From Podarcis erhardii (taxonomy: Eukaryota): a stretch of 64,000 bases of DNA. Position numbers and translations under genes: made by a program. The stretch is taken from assembly GCA_964252035.1 (NCBI GenBank), contig OZ176200.1. One strand, written 5' to 3'. Under the pieces are notes generated by a model that saw only the letters and a program-made list of their open reading frames with translations, was not told the DNA's origin and did not search any database. Positions 57,375 to 64,000 of this stretch are shown here, piece by piece; position 1 is the stretch's first letter; every line of letters begins with the position of its first letter.

Positions 57375-58744
57375 GATGAAGACCAGGTCCAGTGCTATAT
57401 GGACATCCTCACACACTACCAGGAAAGCCAGCAGCAGGGACGTCTATCTCAGGAATTCATTTGCCATGCAACAAAGAAGCTTATGTTAGACAGTATTGGG
57501 GTTTAGATTGCCAGAGCAGAGAATCTCTGAGTATTCATTTTGGTGCTGGACACCTCTTAATACTCTCTCTCTCTCTTTTTGCAGAACTTCAGGTAGTAGA
57601 GTGGGGGATGTGGGGGATAAGGCAAGACACAGAGCCAGAATGCAGATTTAATTGCCAGATATAGGATGCCAGCCATGGCTTTAGCCTCTTTCAGAACTGG
57701 GGTGAAAGATTAGCCACATAAGAATTAGTGTGGCCTCCATTTCCTGTGTTTTCCCACCAGAGGGCAGTGAGAGTGATTCTTGCAGGCCTTCTCAATACGT
57801 ATGATTCGTGGCTTTGTTCCTCACTAAATTTGAGTGTTTGTGGCTAAGTGTCCCGCCCCCTCATATGCAGTATATGTTGATGGCAGATTTTACCTATTCA
57901 ACCATACCCATGACTCCTTTCTGGGGTGTAGAGGATCAATTTCTCCCATCTTTCATTTTAGCTCAGAGACCTTTTGTAGGACACTGTATTTTCTGTAGAT
58001 CTGCTGAATTTTTACAGGGGGTGGAATCTGACTTCAGCTCAGTATTTGATGGTGTGATGATACTCTTTGCTCTGAGGATTGTACCTTCAGTGTACTGCAT
58101 AGACTATGCCTGCCATTCTCCATCTCCTATGCTCATGTTTCTTTTCTCAAGTTACATATTAGCTTGGCGTGGAATCTGGAGTTTATTTATGCACAACACA
58201 TCCTGTACTATGTTTGCCAAACTTTGTTCTAGGCTCCCAGCTAATGTACAACTCTTGACATCTGACCACAAGGAGGTTGTGTGATGGGGAAGACACCACC
58301 TTACCACTGATAGGCAACCTGTTCTGTCTCGATTGCATAACCTTCTGCAAATGGCAATACCTCATTCCAAACTCCCAAGTTAGTCATAAAGCTAATGTCT
58401 ACAGGAACAGGAGTCTAGCTGACTAAACTAGGGAAAAGGTTTTTTTTACCTTTTCCAGAGTTTTGAGTAGTATCTGAAGTAGCTCTGGACATTTTGGCAC
58501 CTGATAAGAGAGAATCCAAATGTCAGACCTCTATCCCCCCACCCCACCCCACCCTCCCCCAGTTAACAGGTACAACCATTGAAACAAGCAGGAACTGTGG
58601 CGGTGCATAGATCCTTTTCATTCCTGATGGGTAAACTCTATAGCTTTATCTTTCATTACCAGATGAAAGCCTTTGATGATCGGAAATTGTTCTAACTGCT
58701 TGTGTACAAGATATTCTAATACTTATGTGTCCAGAAATACACGA

Positions 58745-58804
58745 GAGAAAGAGTTGGAAGGGACCACGAGGATCATCTAGTCCAACCCCTTGCAATGCAG
58801 GAAT
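58745..58804 (-). mobile_element. CR1 LINE 3'-end fragment
   Basis: GAGTTGGAAGGGACCACGAGGATCATCTAGTCCAACCCCTTGCAATGCAGGAAT; same tail as 13795-13857. Confidence 0.75.
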
Positions 58805-59868
58805 CTCTCACCCAACGTGGGGCTCCTTGTTGAGATCTGGCCTAGGTGTGCGTGGTTTTCTTTTCTTTTTACTGATTTATTACTTCTTTATTCTGCTACA
58901 GGCCCAAAACTTTCAGCAACAAAACCAAAAAAGCTATTCTATTATCCTATAGGAATATAGTAATAGTATGGCAGTTTTCCATCAGCCACTTTAACCAAGG
59001 AATGGGCAACTGATTGATTCCCATGGGAGACTCACCTCAATATACAAAATCTACTTCAAGCCCATGTGTGCTTTCAGTCTGTGGGATGTTATATGTCCCT
59101 TTTCTGTATCTCTTTTACTCATGAATGATGGTGGTGCTTTTTAAGAGTCTGCATTAGCTGAAGTTAATGCACAATACAGCTGACCCTTTCACTGTTCAGC
59201 ATGGGAGGTTTACTGCAGAAAAGACTTCCAGTGCTTGCTCACCTAGATGTAATTACTGATAGCACTTTACTTCCTCCAGTCCTGTAGGATTTCTTCAGTT
59301 AACGTGTATTCAAAAACGAATGAGAGCACACATGAACTATGAATTCTATCTTGAAAAATATTCAGTGGACCATTTGAGATTTCTTGTGTTTCTATATCAT
59401 TTTGTAATTTTAGCACTATTTCTGTATGTTCCACATATGTCACTAAAATACATTTGAGTAATCTTTAAGCGTTGTTTTCCTTTTTCACAATTCAGAAACT
59501 CCACTCTTTTCATACATGTAGGCAGCTGCCAGCCTTTGGCCAAACTGCAAAAGCACCTGCTGAGCTTTGCAGTTCCATCTTTCAAAAGCACCCCACATCC
59601 AACCTCTGCCCAGCCATCCCCACTTCTAAGGCCTAGGAATAGCCAAACAGCACTTCAGTTGTGGGGGGGGGGGAGGGCACACTATTCAGTTATTCATAGT
59701 ACTACTCAGCTGGGCAGCAGGCAGGGAAGTATGCAGTAGTGGTGCTTTGTGTGGTGGTGGGGTTGAAGAGTCTGTACATCTTCCTTGAGCAGGGTGGGGA
59801 GAATAATGTGTCACAAACTATTCAGATGTGGCCCCATTGACACATGTAGCTGTTAGATGTGCAAGTGT

Positions 59869-59874
59869 TTTATT
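59869..59874 (-). promoter_or_regulatory. Candidate polyadenylation signal of POLD4
   Basis: TTTATT on the + strand (AATAAA on -), about 380 nt past the POLD4 stop codon. Confidence 0.5.
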
Positions 59875-60255
59875 TCTCAGTCAATTAACTTGAAAGCCAA
59901 TTCAACAAACCAAGCAAGTTTGCAAAGGGCACACAACAGTAAAATAAACAGGATGCAGTGCCATACTAAGCTTGGCTTCCAAGAACTAGTCACCTAGTTT
60001 TTGGGATTCTTTTCCCCAGCACAGCATATTGATCCAAATCAATCCTCACCTTCATTTGACCTCAGCCATCTAAGTACTCCCTAAGAAGCTTTGATTAGGG
60101 CCAGAGCCCATAAGCGGAGACCAGCTGGTAGACCTTGGCATCTTTTTAGGGTTCTTACATCCAAACACAGAATCTCCATGATAGGAATGAAGGAGTTATC
60201 CAATAATGTCAAAACTCAGGGACTTCTCAGGCTGAGATACCATCACATTTTCCTC

Positions 60256-63200
60256 TCAGAGGCAATATCCATGCCACAGGCTGCAAGGGAAGCATATGGA
60301 ACATGGTTACTGCCTGAAAGAATCCTGACTTGGCATCTTACATGCCTCCTCCACCTACTGTGCCAAACAGCAGGCATGGGCAGCACAACAGCAGCAATGG
60401 TGCATGTTTTACAGTCAGTAAAAGCAAATGATCTGTGCGGAGGCCGCAGCTCTCAGCTTTCAATTCTAGGAAGTCATTGGCCAGAGAGAAGGTGGCGAGT
60501 AGGAAAAGGAATACATAGGAAGGAAGTGGCGGAAAGGATAAGTGGGAATACCTGCTACTGAATGTGTCCATATTTCTTACATGTAAGCCTTTTTAACCCT
60601 TTAAAATTTTCATTGGGCCCTGAGCTGCTTTCAGAGACTCTAGTGAGCATAAGAATGATGGACCAAAGTCATGTCTGGATGTGAGACAATGAGGCCCCAT
60701 GTAAGCTACTCGGTGCTTCCTAAAGCAAGTAAACTGTAAATACATACTAAGGCTTCAGTGCTCAATGCTTCAAATGGAGTCATAGTAAATGCTGTGGGTT
60801 GGAAGTACAGCAAAGGTGAAGCAAAAATCTCATTCTTCGGCAAGGTTCTCACACAACATGCAAGCTGACTGCCAAATGTCAACTTCGTAAGCGCCTCTGC
60901 TTCATGAAAATCTTGGCCACTAGGACTTCCTACCATGAAATGGCCAGGACAGTCTACCAAACACCCTGGCGGAAGCTGCAAATAAAGGCGAACTGCTTGT
61001 TCTTGGCTATTGATCCCTTTCCTATTCTAATCCCCAATAGGTGAGTTATGGATTTTACTTGACCTTTGCTGAGCTCATACTTCCATTTGCCCAGTTCATT
61101 TTGTGTATTACCTCTTGCAATAGAGTTACTCCTCATTCATACAGTTGTGAATAAAAGATGCCCAGAGCTTAGCCAAATTATCATGTGACCTGCTTAACAC
61201 TGCCATGGCCTTGCATCACCAAGCCCAACCTCAATAGTCTTCCTCTTCCAGATAGATCTCATTACCTTAGAATAGATGCTTCCATCCAGTGCCTAAGAAG
61301 GACAGAGCAGCTTTTCCACACTAACCTGTATGTAACGAGAGGGTCCTTGTTGTGCTTCTCTAGCAATTCCCTCACCATAGCAGGGGGGTTGAGACCCAGT
61401 AACTCTGCCCTCTCCCAGCGCTGCAAACGGGTGATTCCTGTTAGGGGGGAAAAAAGGTCTCTCAAAGTGGCCTCTTCAACACCAGCGATCTTGAACCATC
61501 TTCCTTGCAAGTCTATTTCTGCTGGATGAACTTGAGAATTAACTAGGAGTCCCCTTTTCCTGGTATGCTGCCACTAATTACAATGTAACACTTTAACAGA
61601 GCATAGGGAGACTGGTCCCTGCCCCCATCAAAGTATATCTAAAATTGTGCATGGAGGGAGGCAGGGAAAACCTATGCTTTCATTGCAGTGATTCAGCTCA
61701 GTTGTAGTAGCAGCATGATTGGAAGTTCTTACCTGTACAGGGGCCGTACTGCCAGCTGAGGTCAAATTGCTTTAGTGTCTCCAGCTGGTCTGGACGTGCA
61801 GCATCTTGGACTTCCTGGACTGTCACTGCGTCTGATCAGAGAGAAATGGATGATTATCACCGCATTATGGAGAGCCCTTGTATGAAATGAGTGTGCAGGA
61901 AAGGCTTAACATAATTCATTAGCCAACACCATTACATTAGTTATCTCTGGTTTGCTCTACAACCAGTATAACTCTTCCTGTGTTTTCTTTAGCATCTCTT
62001 CACCCACACTTCAATCTCATGTAAATATGAACACACACAACATGTGCTGACTGAAGAAAACAACACTAACATAATTAATCCATTGCTCATTGAGAATGCT
62101 CCTCTTCTGTGGAGGGTTCCCCACCTTTTGGGAGTATATGTTTCATATAATTTTACTTCCTGCTAAATGATTTTTCAGATACTTTACTTTCACAGCAATC
62201 CTGTGAAAGCTAAGCAAGTGGCAAGCCTATTACTGATTAACCCTCACTTGCATAACCGTGGTATTGAGTTATGTGCAGATCCAACAAACAACCTAGGAGA
62301 CGACCAAAGCAAGACCATGCAGGGAAAGAGTTTGCAAGAACTGATGTCTTGCAAATCTCAAGGCCAACTCCATTGGGCATCCATCTACTCCCCACCTAAA
62401 GCTGCTGGATTTTCACACTTTCCCCCAGTTCAGATTATCTACCTATTGGTAGCAGAGGTATCACCTTGCCGTGGTGAGTGGGCTTGCACATGCCTATGAC
62501 CCATATGAGCAAAGCCGACAGGAGTCTCGTACTCCCAACAGAGTCACCCAAGGTGGCAAGGTCAAAGGGAAGGAGCTAGACAAAGAAAGATCCAAGAAGT
62601 CCTCAACAACAGAGCAGGCGGCAGATAACAAGTGACATGTTACATCGGCTGTGAAGGCAGATGAAGGCTGCAGCAGATAAGATAGAGCCTTACTGCGAAG
62701 ACTGCTTTGGTCAGCGTGCACTGATCTACACACATGAAACAAATTCACACACAAGCATCTTCCAAAAACCCATACCAAACCCAAACCCATAAAACTCCCA
62801 TGGTGATTGGCAAATGGTAACGGTATCTCCAAAAACTTTTACACATCACTTGGGAAGACAGGTGAACTAATGCTGGTGTACTGGTAGACGCAAAGATCAC
62901 CAGTGTTGAAGCAATGATTCTTCAGCATCAACTACATTGGACTGGTCATGTGCGGATGCCTGATTATCGTCTTCCAAAGCAACTACCCTATTCCAAACTT
63001 AAAAATGGAAAGCGTAATGCTGGTGGTCAACCAAAGAGGTTTAAAGACTCCCTTAAGGCAAATTTTTAAAAACGTAGTATAAAAACTGACAATTGGGAAA
63101 CACTGGTCTGTGAGCGCTCCAACTGGAGAACAGCCTATACCAAAGGTGTCATGGACTTTGAAGATGCTTGAACTCACATTAAGAAGAAGACACATTTGGC

Positions 63201-63623
63201 AAACCCTCACCATGATCAAATCCCGCCTAGAAACCTATGTTTCCACTGTGGAAGGATGTGTGGATCCAGAATTGGCCTCACAGTCACTTACAGACTCACT
63301 GTTAAGATTGTGTTCATGGAAGACAATCTTACTCGGCTACGAGAGATCACCAAAGAAGAAAAAGGATTTACGGGAGCACGACCAAATCGGTTGCACTGGG
63401 CACGGAACCTTGGGGGTGCCGCAGGGAATGCTGAAAGTATGATTTAGAATGAAGTTAGGGGTGCTAAATTTTGGTGTCGCAACAGGTGCTGCTGAAATTC
63501 ACGCATCCCTTCCTAGCAATACTCACCATGGAGCGGGCTCTGAGCCTTCTTTGTTTCCTTACTGTCTCTTTTCCTCTTCTTCACCACTTGGAAGGAGTCT
63601 GTGATTAGCCGTTTCCTGCCCAT
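60256..63623 (-). CDS. POLD4: DNA polymerase delta subunit 4 (p12), 4 coding exons, 110 aa
   Basis: complement(join(60256..60280,61326..61437,61733..61831,63527..63623)) = 333 nt. Protein: MGRKRLITDSFQVVKKRKRDSKETKKAQSPLHGDAVTVQEVQDAARPDQLETLKQFDLSWQYGPCTGITRLQRWERAELLGLNPPAMVRELLEKHNKDPLVTYSLWHGYCL*. It has the N-terminal PIP-degron KRLITDSF...K and the family signature FDLxWQYGPCTGITRLQRW. An acceptor at about 63665 indicates a further upstream non-coding exon. Confidence 0.97.
62844..63363 (+). mobile_element. 5'-truncated RTE-clade LINE in POLD4 intron 1 (antisense to POLD4)
   Basis: Translates ITWEDR*TNAGVL...LHWTGHVRMPDYRLPKQLPYSKLKNGKRNAGGQPKRFKDSLKANF*, then a C-terminal zinc-knuckle remnant CFHCGRMCGSRIGL, and ends in a GAA-rich tail. 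Confidence 0.8.
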
Positions 63624-64000
63624 GGTTCCATGTGGCAACGCTCACAGAGCATTAACAGGTTGCTCTAAACAAGGAGCTGAGGAGAAGCAGAGACTGTTAG
63701 ACAAGCTGCTGACTAGGACCTTCAATCTCCAAACCTACTGTCCTAACACCAGCTACCAGTCAAAACGACTTTATTTCTGGGAGAAAAAACTCCGCAAAAA
63801 GGTGTCTGGACTCTCCTAGCTGATGGCCTTCTCCCATGTGGAAGTTCTTTGCTTCCAAACACATTAAAGAGCCTAAGTTTATGTAAAGGAGAAGGAAGTA
63901 TATTTTGTGCACGGTCAGAGACCCTACACTCTTTATAAATGCCTTTGCATTTTCCAGGACTGTGTGTCGATACTGAAAAATTCTCAGCCCGATTCCAAGG

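Noticed and set aside
1-64000. Prokaryote-type systems (CRISPR arrays, operons, defence islands)
   Set aside because: The window is spliced vertebrate DNA, and no regularly spaced repeat-spacer array was seen.

Overview
This is vertebrate genomic DNA from a squamate reptile, probably a lacertid lizard, judging from its Sauria and Squam3-type SINEs. It holds four intron-containing genes whose exons I reconstructed by hand; all introns are GT-AG and all exon phases are consistent. They are ANKRD13D (+, 5'-partial, 1-16676), SSH3 (+, 21280-41419), a complete 17-exon Mondo-family (MLXIP/MondoA, MLXIPL/ChREBP-like) bHLH-ZIP gene (+, 43634/43682-57374) and POLD4 (-, 60256-63623). In human, ANKRD13D-SSH3-POLD4 are neighbours at 11q13.2 with no Mondo gene between them, so this looks like a third Mondo paralogue lost in mammals. 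Its N-terminal regulatory modules (MCR I, II, III, V), HLH-zipper and C-terminal DCD/WMC domain are intact. However, the DNA-reading basic region has lost the E-box residues (HISAEQKRR -> LTSADYARR), which suggests a non-DNA-binding, possibly inhibitory MLX partner. The gene also has a U12-type intron and a strong-Kozak uORF. Introns contain many SINE, LINE and MITE remnants, including a triple-nested insertion. Protein comparisons and synteny use remembered human sequences; no database search was run.
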